A stretch of DNA of 37,560 nt, from NCBI RefSeq assembly GCF_004010195.1, contig NC_057720.1, positions 6,313,229 to 6,350,788 of the forward strand. Direction: 5' to 3'. The notes under the pieces are model-generated. The model did not search any database. It was not told the DNA's origin and was given only the letters and a program-made list of their open reading frames with translations. The DNA comes from Chiloscyllium plagiosum (taxonomy: Eukaryota). This document shows, piece after piece, positions 1-11,861 of this stretch (the first letter of the stretch is position 1; each line of letters begins with the position of its first letter). Made by a program: the position numbers and the translations under genes.

Positions 1-1572
1 AGTCCCTGGGACCTGATGGTCTGCATCCCAGGGTACTGAAGGAGGTGGCTCTAGAGATCGTGGATGCATTGGTGATTATCTTCCAATGTTCTATAGATTC
101 AGGATCAGTTCCTGTGGATTGGAGGGTGGCTAATGTTGTACCACTTTTTAAGAAAGGAGGGAGAGAGAAAACAGAGAATTATAGACCAGTTAGTCTGACC
201 TCAGTGGTGGGAAAGATGCTGGAGTCAATTATAAAGGACGAAATTACGACACATCTGGATAGCAGTAACAGGATAGGTCAGAGTCAGCATGGATTTATGA
301 AGGGAAATCATGCTGGACTAATCTTCTGGAATTTTTTGAGGATATAACTCTGAAGGTGGACAAGGAAGATCCAGTGTATGTAGTGTACCTGAACTTTCAG
401 AAAGCCTTTGATAAAGTCCCACATAGGAGGTTAGTGAGCAAAATTAGGGCACATGGTATTGGGGGCAAAATACTGACATGGCTTGAAAACTGGTTGACTG
501 ACAGGAAACGGCTCCCTTTCGGAATGGCAGGCGGTGACCAGTGGTGTGACGCAGGGATCAGTGCTGGGACCGCAGCTTTTTACAATGTACATTAATGATA
601 TAGATGAAGGTATTAAAAGTAATATTAGCAAATTTGCTGATGACACAAAGCTGGGTGGCAGGGTGAAATGTGAGGAGGATGTTAGGAGATTACAGGGTGA
701 CCTGGACAGGCTAGGTGAGTGGACGGATGCATGGCAGATGCAGTTTAATGTTGTTAAATGTGTGGTTATCCACTTTGGTGGCAAGAACAGGAAGGCAGAT
801 TACTACCTAAATGGAGTCAAGTTGGGAAAAGGGGAAGTACAACGAGATCTCGGTGTTCTTGTATATCAGTCAATGAAGGTAAGCATGCAGGTATAGCAGG
901 CAGTGAAGAAAGCTAATAGCATGCTGGCCTTCATAACAAGAGGAATTGAGTATAGAAGCAAAGAGGTCCTTCTGCAGCTGTACAGGGCCCTGGTGAGACC
1001 GCACCCTGATCATTGTGCGCAGTTTTGGTCTCCAAATTTGAGGCAAGACATTCTGGCTATTGTGGGAGTGCAGTGTACGTTCACGAGGTCAATTCCTGGA
1101 ATGGTGGGACTATCTTATGCTGAAAGACTGGAGCAACTGGGCTTGTATACGCTTGAGTTTAGAAGCCTGAGAGGGAATCTGATTGAGACATATAAGATTA
1201 TTAAAGGATTGGACACTCTGGAGGCAGGAAGCATGTTTCCGCTGATGGGTGAGTCCCGAACCAGAGGACACAGCTTAAAAATAAGGGGTAGGCCACTTAG
1301 AACAGAGTTGAGGAGAAACTTCTTCACCCAGAGAGTGGTGGGTGTGTGGAATGCTCTGACCCAGAGGGCAGTGGAGGCCAAGTCTCTGGATACTTTCAAG
1401 AAAGAGTTGGATAGAGCTCTTAAGATAGTGGAATCAAGGGTTATAGGGATAAGGCAGGAACAGGATACTGATTGAGGATGATCAGTCATGATCATAACGA
1501 ATGGTGGTGCTGGCTCGAAGGGCAGAATGGTCTACTCCTGTACCTATTGTTGATTGTCTATTGTCTATTGTC
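1..1572 (+). mobile_element. CR1-clade LINE, 3' ~1.5 kb of ORF2 (reverse transcriptase) plus 3' UTR; degraded; continues beyond window start
   Basis: Frameshifted ORF pieces VPVDWRVANVVPLFKKG..NYRPVSLTSVVGK, QHGF, YLNFQKAFDKVPH, GVTQGSVLGP, KFADDTK, FFTQRVV..WNAL; ends in (CTATTGT)n tail at about 1544-1571. Confidence 0.95.
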
Positions 1573-1655
1573 ATGCCCATAGATCATTGAAGGAAGAAGG
1601 AAGGTAAATAAGGAGGGGGATGCATGGGATACTTACCTTTACTAGTCAAGGCATT

Positions 1656-1830
1656 AGGAGAAAGTGAGGACTGCAGATGCTGGAGATCAGAGCTTAAAAA
1701 TGCGTTGCTGGAAAAGCGCAGCAGTTCAGGCAGCATCAAAGGAGAAGGAGAATCGACATTTCGGGCATAAGCCCTTCTTCAGGAAAGGCTTATGCCCGAA
1801 ATGTCGATTCTCCTTCTCCTTTGATGCTGC
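1656..1830. mobile_element. Penelope-like element pseudo-LTR fold-back insertion with 14-bp TSD
   Basis: CTAGTCAAGGCATT at 1642-1655 and 1831-1844; perfect 46-bp inverted repeat 1728-1773/1787-1832; sequence matches the PLE 3' ends at 4667-4720, 29355-29450 and 31050-31184. Confidence 0.9.
1755..1782 (-). ncRNA. Minimal type I hammerhead ribozyme core (CpG-decayed stem III)
   Basis: Minus strand CUGAAGA-A-GGGC-UUAU-GCCC-GAAAUGUC. Confidence 0.65.
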
Positions 1831-2203
1831 CTAGTCAAGGCATTTAATACAACAGCCTGGAAGTTATGATGGAGTTGCATATAATCTTAATTAGGCCACA
1901 GCTGCAACTCTGGTCACTGCACTGGAGGAAGGAGGTTGTTACACTAGATGCGGTAAAAAGATTAACCAGGATGTTACCTGGGATGGAACGATTCAGCGAT
2001 GAAGAGAGGGCAGATCACAAAGGTTGTTTTCCTAAGAGCAGAGATGGCTGTGGGATGACCTGATTGAGCTTTACAAAAAGGCAAAGAAAGATAGAGTAGA
2101 TAAGGAAAATCACTTACCCTTTTTAGACAGTCAGTATCTGAGGGACACATGTTTAAGGTAAGGGGCATGGGATTCAGAGATGGGGAAAACATTTTCACCC
2201 AAA

Positions 2204-2470
2204 AGACCATTAGACCATAAGGTATAGGAGCAGAATTAGGCCGTTCAGCCCATCGAGTCTGCTCCACCATTTGATCATGGCTAATATGTTTCTCCTGTTG
2301 TCTCCCCATAACCCTTGATCCCCTTGCTGATTAAAAACCTATCTCTCTCTGTCTTAAATTCACTCAATGCCTTGGCCTCCACAGCCTTCTGCAGCAATGA
2401 GTTCCACAGTTTCACCACCCTCCTTATTTTACTTCAAAAGAGTCATTCCTTCACTCTGAGGCTGTGCCGT
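2204..2470 (-). mobile_element. CR1 3' end fragment
   Basis: Reverse complement of CR1 3' UTR (TGAACGGCCTAATTCTGCTCCTAT) with short ATGGTCT-type tail at 2204-2220. Confidence 0.8.
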
Positions 2471-3528
2471 CAGGCCAGAGTCTTTCAGGTTGCTGAGGGA
2501 GGTGAGAGAGGAAATAGCTGGGGCCTGTCAGATATCTTTGTGGCATTCTTAAACACAAATGAGGTGCCGGAGGACTGGAGGGTTGCTCATGTAGTCCCCC
2601 TGTACAAGAAGGATAGTAGGGATATTCCGGGTAACTACAGACCAGTGAGCCTGACATCAGTGGTGGGAAAGTTGCTGGAGAAGGTACTGAGGGATAAAAT
2701 CTATTTATATTTGGGAAGGAATGGGCTTATCAGTGATAGGCAATATGGTTTTATATGGGGGAGATCATGCCTTACCAACTTAATAGACTTCTCTGAGGAA
2801 GTGACCAGGTTGATAGATGAAGGAAGGGCTGTTGATGTCATATACATGGACTTTAGTAAGGCATTTGATAAGGTTCCTCATGGTAAACTAATGGAGAAAG
2901 TGAAGTCACATGGTGTGCAGAGTGTTCTAGCTCGGTGGATAAAGAGCTGGTTGAGCAACAGGAGACAGAGAGTAGTAGTTGAAGGGAGTTTCTCGAAATG
3001 GAGAAAGGTGACCAGTGATGTTCCACAGGGATCAGTGCTGGGGCCTCTGTTGTTTGTGATATACATAAATGATCTGGAAGAGGGCACTGTTTTCATGATC
3101 AGCAAGTTTGCAGGTGACACAAAGATTGGTGGAGTAGCAGAAAGCATAGGGGATTATCAAAGACTACAGAAGAATATTGATTAGAAAAGTGGCAGATGGA
3201 GTTCAATCCAGACAAATGTGAGGTGATGCATTTTGGCAAGTCTAATTCTAGAGCAGTAAATGGAAGAGCCTTGGGAAAAGTGGATGAGTAGAGAGATCTG
3301 GGAGTTCAGGTCCATTGTACCCTGAAGGTGGCAACGCAGGTAGGTAGAGTGGTCAAGAAGGCATACGGCATGCTTTCCTTCATCGGACGGGGTGTTGAGT
3401 ACAAGAGTTGGCAGGTCATGTTACAATTGTACAAGACATTGGTTCGGCCACATTTAGAATACTGTGTACAGTTCTGGGTGCCACATTACTAAAAGGATGT
3501 GGACGCTTTGGAAAGGGTGCAGAGAAGG
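2471..3528 (+). mobile_element. CR1 ORF2 reverse transcriptase fragment
   Basis: VPEDWRVAHVVPLYKK, YRPVSLTSVVGK, YMDFSKAFDKVPHG, VPQGSVLGP, SKFAGDTK; in-frame stop at 3182-3184. Confidence 0.95.
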
Positions 3529-3700
3529 TCTGTGTAAAAACCTTGCCCCTCGTGTCTTTTTTAAATCTTTCTCCTCTCACCTTAAAAATATGCCCTCTAA
3601 TCTTGAAATCCCCCACCTTAAGGAAAAGACACCTGCCTTATCTATTGCCTTATCTATATCCTTCATAATTTTATAAACCTCTATAAGGTCACCCTCAACC
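3529..3700 (-). mobile_element. Inverted CR1 ORF2 C-terminal segment
   Basis: Minus frame RGHIFKVRGERFKKDTRGKVFTQ, typical of the CR1 ORF2 end. Confidence 0.8.
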
Positions 3701-3914
3701 TGGGCTTAGGGTAGTTAGATGCTTGATGACCAGTACTGACTTGATGGGACAGTTTCTGTGCGGTGGAAACTTGAAGACTCTCTCAAGTGCCTCACATAAA
3801 GACCATCTGCAATCTTCACATCCAGGTTGCTAAAGCCTTTCCTCATTTAGAAAGAAGCCTTGGATTCCAATCTTCCTCACACTTTCTCACTTTTATCCCT
3901 GATCATCATTATCC

Positions 3915-4329
3915 TTCACAATGCGGTCTCCTCTACATTGGGGAGGCTGGACACCTCCTAGTAGAGCGTTTTAGGGAACATCTCTGGGACACCCGCACCA
4001 ATCTACCACACTGGTCTGTGGCCCAACATTTCAACCCCCCCTCCCACTCTGTCGAGGACCTGGAGGTCCTGGGCCTCCTTCACTGCCGCTCCCTCACCAC
4101 CCGACGCCTGGAGAAAGAATGCCTCATCTTCTGCCTCAGAACACTTCAACCCCAGGGCATCAATGTGGACTTCACCAGTTTCCTCATTTCCCCTTCCCCC
4201 ACCTCACCCTAGTTCCAAACTTCCAGCTCAGCACTGTCCCCATGACTTGTCCTACCTGCCTATCTTCCTTTCCACCTATCCACTCCACCCTCCTCTCTGA
4301 CCTATCACCTTCATCCCCACCCCCATCTA
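3915..4329 (+). mobile_element. Penelope-like element (Neptune-type), GIY-YIG endonuclease C-terminus and start of 3' pLTR
   Basis: CGLLYIGE...RFREH...VAQHFN..H...LQPQGIN peptide; pyrimidine-rich 3' region runs into a gap. Confidence 0.9.
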
Positions 4330-4666
4330 NNNNNNNNNNNNNNNNNNNNNNNNNNNNNNNNNNNNNNNNNNNNNNNNNNNNNNNNNNNNNNNNNNNNNNN
4401 NNNNNNNNNNNNNNNNNNNNNNNNNNNNNNNNNNNNNNNNNNNNNNNNNNNNNNNNNNNNNNNNNNNNNNNNNNNNNNNNNNNNNNNNNNNNNNNNNNNN
4501 NNNNNNNNNNNNNNNNNNNNNNNNNNNNNNNNNNNNNNNNNNNNNNNNNNNNNNNNNNNNNNNNNNNNNNNNNNNNNNNNNNNNNNNNNNNNNNNNNNNN
4601 NNNNNNNNNNNNNNNNNNNNNNNNNNNNNNNNNNNNNNNNNNNNNNNNNNNNNNNNNNNNNNNNNN
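4330..4666. other. Assembly gap (N run)
   Basis: Ns. Confidence 1.
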
Positions 4667-4970
4667 GGAACAGGAGAATCGACGTTTCGGGCATAAGCCC
4701 TTCTTCAGGAATGAGGAAAGTGTGTCCAGCAGGCTAAGATAAAAGGTAGGGAGGAGGGACTTGGGGGTGGGGCGTTGGAAATGCGATAGGTGGAAAGAGG
4801 TCAAGGTGAGGGTGATAGGTCAGAGTGGGGTGGGGGCGGAGTGGTCAGGAAGAAGATCGCAGGTTAGGAAGGCGGTGCTGAGTTCGAGGGATTTGACTGA
4901 GACAAGGTGGGGGGAAGGGAAATGAGGAAACTGGTGAAATCCGAGTTCATCCCTTGTGGTTGGAGGGTTC
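4667..4970 (-). mobile_element. Penelope-like element 3' end and pLTR
   Basis: Minus strand encodes LQPQGMNSDFTSF, followed by a C/T-rich tract and a hammerhead core. Confidence 0.9.
4681..4708 (-). ncRNA. Minimal type I hammerhead ribozyme core, intact
   Basis: Minus strand CUGAAGA-A-GGGC-UUAU-GCCC-GAAACGUC; all core nucleotides present, perfect 4-bp stem II, palindromic ACGU stem III. Confidence 0.8.
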
Positions 4971-5464
4971 TTATCTTAGACCAACAGTGGCAATTATGGT
5001 GTCCCGAGTGGCACTTTGTCTGAGATTAGCCAACATAGGTCATATAATGTAAATTGCTGTGGTGTATTTAACAGATCACAACATCTCAAAGCACTTGGTG
5101 CAGAGTGTGAATTGAATCAGGGAAGCCTCTGATTTGCAATGGTTTAAGACCACAACATGTTGTTCATTGATAAACTGTAAAATGATTATAAATATATCCG
5201 TCCTGTAATAGTGAGTGGATGACCACATTTAAAGGATGACAGAATTCAGAAAAACTACTACTCCACTTCAAAGTAATTTGATGGATTGGCGTGTAATAAT
5301 TAGTTGTATTTTAACGTAAAACCTTCCTTCTCAGTTTCTTTTCAGATCATCACTCTTAATCCAGAGTTATAATGTTTCTCAGCTGACGAACTCAATGCAA
5401 GTGATTTATTACCATCCTTTATTCCCCAGATTTAAGGAAGCTTTTAACTGGGCTTTCTTTGTCC

Positions 5465-5900
5465 GGTCAGGGATGGTCCCTGAGCTGGAGAGTTTTAGTG
5501 TTGAAGAGAGATTGGATAAACTGGAGCACAGGAATCTGAGGGGGGACATGATTGAGTTGCTGAAAATTATCAGAGGCATAAAAAGGAGAGATGGAAAGGA
5601 GCTTTTCTCCTTGGTGGAGGAATCAACGATAGCAGGTTTAAGGTAAAGGGCAGGTGTGAAGAGGATATGAGCAATTATCTTCATTCAGAGGCTGGTGGGA
5701 ATCCGGAACTCACTACCTATCAAGATGGTAGAGGCAGACGCTCATACCATCAAAGAAGGATTTAGATATGCATCTGCAATGCGACGGTATACAAGGTTAT
5801 GGGCCAAGTGCTTAAAAATGGGATTAAATTGATGCCTGTTTTTGACTGGCACAGACTCAATGGGCCTTTTTCTGTGCTGTACACCTCAATGACTGCATGA
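5465..5900 (+). mobile_element. Degraded CR1 3' end
   Basis: GMVPELESFSVEERLDKL..RNLRGDMIE peptide and CR1-like 3' UTR. Confidence 0.75.
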
Positions 5901-5952
5901 TAGATTTTCCAAATCAGATGATCAAGTTATCAGCGAGCAAGGTCTACAGTAT

Positions 5953-6260
5953 GGCAGCACGGTCGCTCAGTGGTTAACACTGCAGCCTCACAGCGCCAGG
6001 GACCCGGGTTTGTATCCAGCCTCGGGTGACTGTCTGTGAGGAGTTTGCACATTCTCCCCATGTCTGCATGGGTTTCCTCCGGGTACTCTGGTTTCCTCCC
6101 ACAGTCCAAAGATGTGCAGGTTATGGTGAATTGGCTATTCTGAATTGCCCATAGTGATAGGTGCATTAGTCAGAAGGAAATGGGTCTGGGTGGGTTACTC
6201 TTCGGAGGGTTTTGTTGGGCTGAAGGGTCCGTTTCAACACTGTAGGGAATCTAATCTAAT
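5953..6260 (+). mobile_element. HE1-type V-SINE (tRNA-derived)
   Basis: tRNA-like head (GCTCAGTGGTTAACAC..CACAGCGCCAGGGACCCGGGTT), V-domain GGAGTTTGCACATTCTCCCC..CCCACAGTCCAAAGATGTGCAGG, (AATCT)n tail. Confidence 0.92.
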
Positions 6261-6816
6261 TCTTGATGGATCTCTGCACGTGGAAGACTGAGGATTGTAA
6301 ACATGATGCCATTCTTCTTTGAGTCATTTCAGATTCCCTTAACTCTTGCTGAAATATTGGGAGCAGCTTTATTTGGCTCCTCGGTTATGCCTGACAATCG
6401 TTCATTCGGTATTCCTGCAGAAGTGAAATCTGGCCTAGGTGCTTTTATCACCTATTTCTTTAAAAAAAAATGCTTCTAGCATTACTCTGGAGATATGCAG
6501 CCAACTCATTTGAGTTTCAGTTTGATCTAACATGCAAAGGGACAGATGCAACATGCAGATGGTATAGTTGAAAACAAATATCAAATATCTGTTCATCTCT
6601 TCTGCCAACCCTTGTTATCATCGACAATTCGCAAAATAAACTCTACAACAGTTGTGCTGGCTTAACCATCCTAATATAAACATATTTCTACTGTTTTCTC
6701 CAATCTTATTCATTTAAACCTGTGCAATTTTTATTTTGGTTTGAGACAATTTCCTCCCCAAGTGAGAGACTATTGCTTATTTAACGGCTGTCCAAATACC
6801 TCCTTGAAACCTGCTT

Positions 6817-7099
6817 CATAATAGAATCCCTACAGTGTGGAAGCAGATTATTCTGCCCATCAAATTCACACTGACCTACCAAAGAGCAGCTCACCCAGAG
6901 CCACCCTCTCTTCCCCATCCCCGTAACCCTGCATTTCCCATGGCGAATCCACCTAGCCTGCACATCTTTGGGACTGTGGGAGGAAACCCACACAGATGTG
7001 GGGAGAATGTACACACTCCACACAGACAGTCACCAAGGGCAGAATCAAACCCATGTCCCTGGCATCATGAGACAATAGCACTAACCACTAAGCCACCAT
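6817..7099 (-). mobile_element. HE1-type V-SINE
   Basis: Reverse complement of head, V-domain and CACACTGTAGGGATTCTAT tail. Confidence 0.9.
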
Positions 7100-7139
7100 A
7101 GTCGTCAATGACTATATATCAGAGGTGTTTCATTAACTT

Positions 7140-7640
7140 TCAGAACAATAGAAACCTTTAGCAGAAATCGGACTATTCACCCTTCCAAATCCTCTATCAA
7201 TGTCTGACCCTCTAATTGAATGCTTTCTCCTAATACCCCTTGTAAACTTCAAAAGCTAAGAATTTATTAATCTTTCTTCAATATATTCAATGATGTAGCA
7301 TTTCAGCCCCCTATGACAGAGAATTCCATAGGTTCATAACCCTTTGAGTTAAGATTTTTTTCATCATCTCGATCATAAGTAGCCTGCCCCATGTGGATGA
7401 CTCTGCGACTCTATATCGTGAGTCTGTCTATCCTGGATCTAATCTGGCCAGCCCTGTTAGAATTAAATACATTTTATTCAAATTTCCCTAGACAACGCCA
7501 TCCTTAAAAATTCGAGTGAACACAGATCCAGTTGAACCAATCTCTCCTCAGTGGACAGTTCTGCCATCCCTGGTATTACCCAGTGAGTTTCTGCTGCATT
7601 CCCTCTCCAACTGATATACTATTTTTCGGGGTATGTATTT
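7140..7640 (-). mobile_element. Highly degraded CR1 3' end
   Basis: Remnants of CR1 3' UTR and ORF2 end on the minus strand. Confidence 0.55.
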
Positions 7641-7658
7641 CCAACTTGGAGAGAAAAG

Positions 7659-7732
7659 GATTAGACCTTGAGCTAGGACTTTTTGGACAAGGAACCGTGA
7701 ACCTCCATTTGACTGGCACTTGCTGGTGACCC
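7659..7732 (+). repeat. Unclassified dispersed repeat, copy 1
   Basis: Gapless match to 9494-9567 (58/74 identical by hand count). Confidence 0.75.
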
Positions 7733-7837
7733 TTTGCCACTTCACCAATCCAACTCAGAGCAAAAAATCCATGAGGGACTTCCCAACTTTCCAGCAATTC
7801 CAGTCCTTAAATTGTCACTTCATGACCGCCGACTACA

Positions 7838-8162
7838 TCAGTAGATGTTGAGAAGATGGTAGGAGAGACTAGGACCCGAGGGCACAGCCTTAGAGTAAAG
7901 GGAAGGCCTTTTAGAATGGAAATAAGGAGAAACTTCTTCAGCCAGAGAGTGGGGAATCATTGGAATTCAATACCACAGAAGGCTGTGGAGGCCAGGTCAT
8001 TGCTTACATTTTAAAATGGAGTTTAGATAGGTTCTTGATTGTCAAGGGGATCAAGGTTTGTGGGGAGAATGGGGTTGAGAAACTTATCAGTCATGATTGA
8101 ATGGCGGAGCAGACTCAAGGGGCTAAATGGCCTAATTTCTGTTCCTATATCTTATGGTCTTA
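7838..8162 (+). mobile_element. CR1 3' end fragment
   Basis: AGGAGAAACTTCTTCAGCCAGAGAGTGG, AATGGCCTAATTTCTGTTCCTAT, CTTATGGTCTTA tail. Confidence 0.85.
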
Positions 8163-8244
8163 TCACCACTCACCTGCCTCTCCTGTGGGTAAGAAACATA
8201 GCTAGTCCCGTCTGGGAAATCATGGCAACCTGCCTGCTGAGCTA

Positions 8245-9325
8245 ATTCTAATCACTTGCAGGACATGTGCGTCACTAGCTGCCCAAACTTCATTGTCTGT
8301 TTCTAGTTACCCTCGAGAAGGTGGTGGTGAGCTGCCTTCTGGACCAACTGCAGACCCTGTGCTGCAAATAGACCCACAATGCCCATAGTGAAGGAGCTCC
8401 AGGATTTTGACCCAGTGATAGTGAAGGAAAGTGATATATTTCCAATTCAGAGTGGTGAGTGGCTTGGAGGGGATCTTGAAAGTGATGGTGTTCCCAAGTA
8501 TCTGCTGCCCTTCTCCTTCTAGATGGAAGTGGTCATAGGTTTGGAAGGGGATTGTTGGTGAATTTCTGTAACGAACCTTATAGATAATCCATACTGCTGA
8601 TGCTGATCATTGCTAATAGATGAGAATGTAACCTTATGGATGTGATGCCAGTCAGGCAGGCTACCTTGTCCTGGATGGTGTCAAGCTTCTTGAGTGTTGT
8701 TGGAACTGCACCCATCCAGGCAAGTGTGGAGTGTTCCATCACACTCCTGACTTGTACCTTATAGATGGTGGACAGGCTTTGGGGAGTCAGGAGGTGAGTT
8801 ACTCACCACAGTATTCCTGGTCTCTGACCTGCTCTTGTAGGCACTCTATTGAGATGACAAGTCTAGTTGAACTTCTGGTCAATGGTAACCTCCAGGATAT
8901 TGGCAGTTGGGGATTTAATGATGATAGCGCCAGTGAATGTCATATTAGAATCATAGAATCCCCACAGTGTGGAAACAGATCATTTGGCCCAACAAGTCCA
9001 CGCCGACCCTCCAAAGAGCATCCTACCCAGCCCTACCCCATCCCTCTAACCCTACCTTTCCCATGGCGAATCCATCTAGCCTGCACATCTTTGGACTGTG
9101 GGAGGAAACCGGAGCACCCGGAGGAAACCCACACAGACACGGGGAGAATGGACAAACTCCACACAGAGAGTTGCTTGAGGGTGTGACTGAACCTGGATCC
9201 CTGGTGCTCTGAGGCAGCAGTGCTAACCACTGAGCCACTTGCTGTCCCAATTGTCAAGGAACAGTTGTTAGATTGTCTCACATTGGAGATGGTCATTGTC
9301 TCTGGCATTTGTGCGTGTGGTGCGG
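8245..9325 (-). mobile_element. Second CR1/L2-group LINE family, ORF2 C-terminus and 3' end, interrupted by HE1
   Basis: Minus frames STIYKVQVRSVMEHS and LAWMGAVPTTLKKLDTIQDKVACL; 3' tail similar to SINE tails at 28138 and 30332. Confidence 0.8.
8946..9248 (-). mobile_element. HE1-type V-SINE nested in a LINE
   Basis: Full head, V-domain and (ATTCTATG) tail; host LINE resumes after 9250. Confidence 0.92.
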
Positions 9326-9493
9326 ACTGTGCTAAAGGCAGAGATTCCCATTTGCCCCAGTCTTGGGGCGATGAAAGGCACAGATGGTCGGTAAAAACTA
9401 TCCTCAGACCCTTACCTTCCAGATTGCTTCACCCCTATGTGCTCTACTCTGCAAACAAAGAAGATGTACCTTCACACTGTTGGATCTTCCAAA

Positions 9494-9567
9494 GATTAGA
9501 CTCTGAGCTGGGGCTTTGGGAGCCAGGAACTGCCAACCTCCAGTTGACTGGCAGCTGATGGTGACCC
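9494..9567 (+). repeat. Unclassified dispersed repeat, copy 2
   Basis: Matches 7659-7732. Confidence 0.75.
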
Positions 9568-10740
9568 AAAATGCCAGTGTCAAGGCCTGCAATAGGACAA
9601 AACAGTCACCCCAGGTCTGAATAAGTTGATTGGCGGGCAGTGTATGAGTCACCATTAACACACTCACTCTTGGAGGATTTCTTGGGAAAACACAGCCTAT
9701 GTATTAATAGACAAATGTGCACATATATAATATATTCTATATGGGATGACTTACAAACAATTCACAACATGATGAATGATTTATTAAATTGACTCACAGC
9801 AGCTATAAGAAATTCAATTGCACAGACTACTGCAACATTGGAAGAGGAAAATAAACAAAACTACATGAAGATAAAAGCTGTCAAAGTGTAGTTTTTCGAA
9901 GAGGCACTTGGCCCCAAACTCTCAAGATCAAGTGAGAAGCATTTTTCTTACTGTCAGGCGAAGTAACTTGGGGAGGTTTATAAATATTCATAATGTGTAC
10001 TTTAATTTGAATGTTTTTAATAGCAGGTGTGTTAAAATGCAGGGACACAGCCAAGAAGTGTTGTTTGAAATGTAATTATTAATTTATTTATTGAGGTGAG
10101 GGGAAAATAATAATTGCTTGATTAAAATAAAACTGTAATTTTTGATGGATAGTTTTGCATTGCAATTATGCTACAGATTTAATACTTTTGCAAATTACAT
10201 TTGGTGATGATATTAGCAGCCAATACAAGCATAAACAATTAGAGAAGAGCTGAAGTAAATAGAATCACTGTCGAATGTGATGGCATTAATTTCTGCACCA
10301 ATTAGCAGGACATTCACTGTGGAGTGATGGTTAAGGAAATGTGCTTGGTAAGAATGTTAGAAATGAAATTGTAACCCCTAGCTATATTCCTCAATTGTCA
10401 CAAATAGACTATCTCATTGGAGACACAAAACTGTATTTACTTTCCCCCAAATTGCACTGAGTTCTTGGTGTTTGATGGATCACTGCGTTGCAAAATACTC
10501 AGGAAAGTTTGGCAAATTCTGAAATCACTGGGTGGTCTCATTTGGGCTGTTGTCAGAGGACGATACTTGGAGGATACAGTCTAACCCTACTACGGAAAGT
10601 ATCAATCCCTTCATGGTCTCATCCCTGTTTAATTCGTAACCTTCTTCAGTTCCTCTGAGATCTCGACAGTACTCTAATTGTCTTCTCTTCCACATCTGGA
10701 TCTTAGTCACTGCATCACTGGCAGCTGTGCCTTCTATTTT

Positions 10741-11740
10741 AGAGTCATATGGTCATAGAGTCATGCAACATGGAAACAGGCCTTTCGGCCCTCTAACAAA
10801 CTAACCAACAAACACCAAACTACACGAATTCCATTTACCTCTTTTTGGTTCATGAATACTATGCCCTGGCATTTTAAGTGCTAATTCAGATGCTTCTTAA
10901 ATATTGTGAGACTACCTGCCCCCTCTACCATCTCAGGCAGCACCTTCCATATTTCTATCACCCTCTGGGTGAAAACTGTTTCTCAGATTTCTGCCAAACC
11001 ACTTGCGCCTCACCTTAAACTTGTGCCCTTTATTCTTTGACACGTCTACCATGGGGAAGAGATTCTCACGGTTTCCTCTGCCAATGCCTCTCAGAACTCT
11101 GCATACGTCAATCAGAATCCCACCCCACCCCCTCCCCCCCACCCACCCATCCCTCAACCTCCTCTGCTCCAGGGAAATAAAACCCAGCCTATCCAGTCTC
11201 TCCTCGTAACCAAGAGTTTTCATCCCTGGCAACATCCTGGTGATCCTCCTCTGCACCTTCTTCAGTGCAATCACACCTTTACAACAGTGTGGTGACCAAA
11301 ACTGCACACAGTACTCCATCTGTGGCCTCATTGAAGTTTTATAAAGTTGTCACAAGACTTCCATGTTCCTCTGTTTGATGCCCCAGCTCATGATGGCAAG
11401 GCATCCTCTATGCCTTCTTGCCCACCCTGTCTACCTGTGCTGACACCTTCAGGGATCCATGGACTGCAGACCAAGGTTCCCTTGTTCCTCCATATGTCCT
11501 ATGGACCTACTAGTCGTTGTGTATGTCCTTCACTTATTAGATCTCCCAAAATGAACCACTTTGCACTTATCAGGATTAAATTCCATCTGCCGTCCAATCA
11601 ATATCAGACTGTAGCCTGAAACCATTCTCCTCACTATGAAAAACACCCCCAACTTTTGTGTAATCTGAAAACTTACAAATTATACCTTCAAATCAAAGAC
11701 ATTGATATACATAACAAACAACGAGGGTCTGAGCACTGAA
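10741..11740 (-). mobile_element. CR1 3' ~1 kb, degraded
   Basis: RPQMEYCVQFWSPH..VQRRITRMLPGM..YEERLDRLG; (CTATGACT)-type tail at 10741-10765. Confidence 0.9.
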
Positions 11741-11861
11741 CCATGAATCCATGTCCCCAGAACCATATCCTAGAGTTCTGGAGTCCAATAGCATTACCAT
11801 TAATTCTTCACCACCCTTTGTTTTGTAATTTCTTTTAATATATGTTGAAGGTGCTATATAA

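Larger units (their letters stand above)
1575..2203 (+). mobile_element. Old degraded CR1 3' ORF2 fragment, interrupted by a PLE insertion at 1656-1830
   Basis: LIRPQL..WS..LDAVKRLTRMLPGM-like peptide; split by a 14-bp duplication. Confidence 0.75.

Noticed and set aside
5320..5405. Possible + strand exon after a strong polypyrimidine/AG acceptor at 5345
   Set aside because: No convincing donor and no recognisable peptide; unsupported without RNA data.
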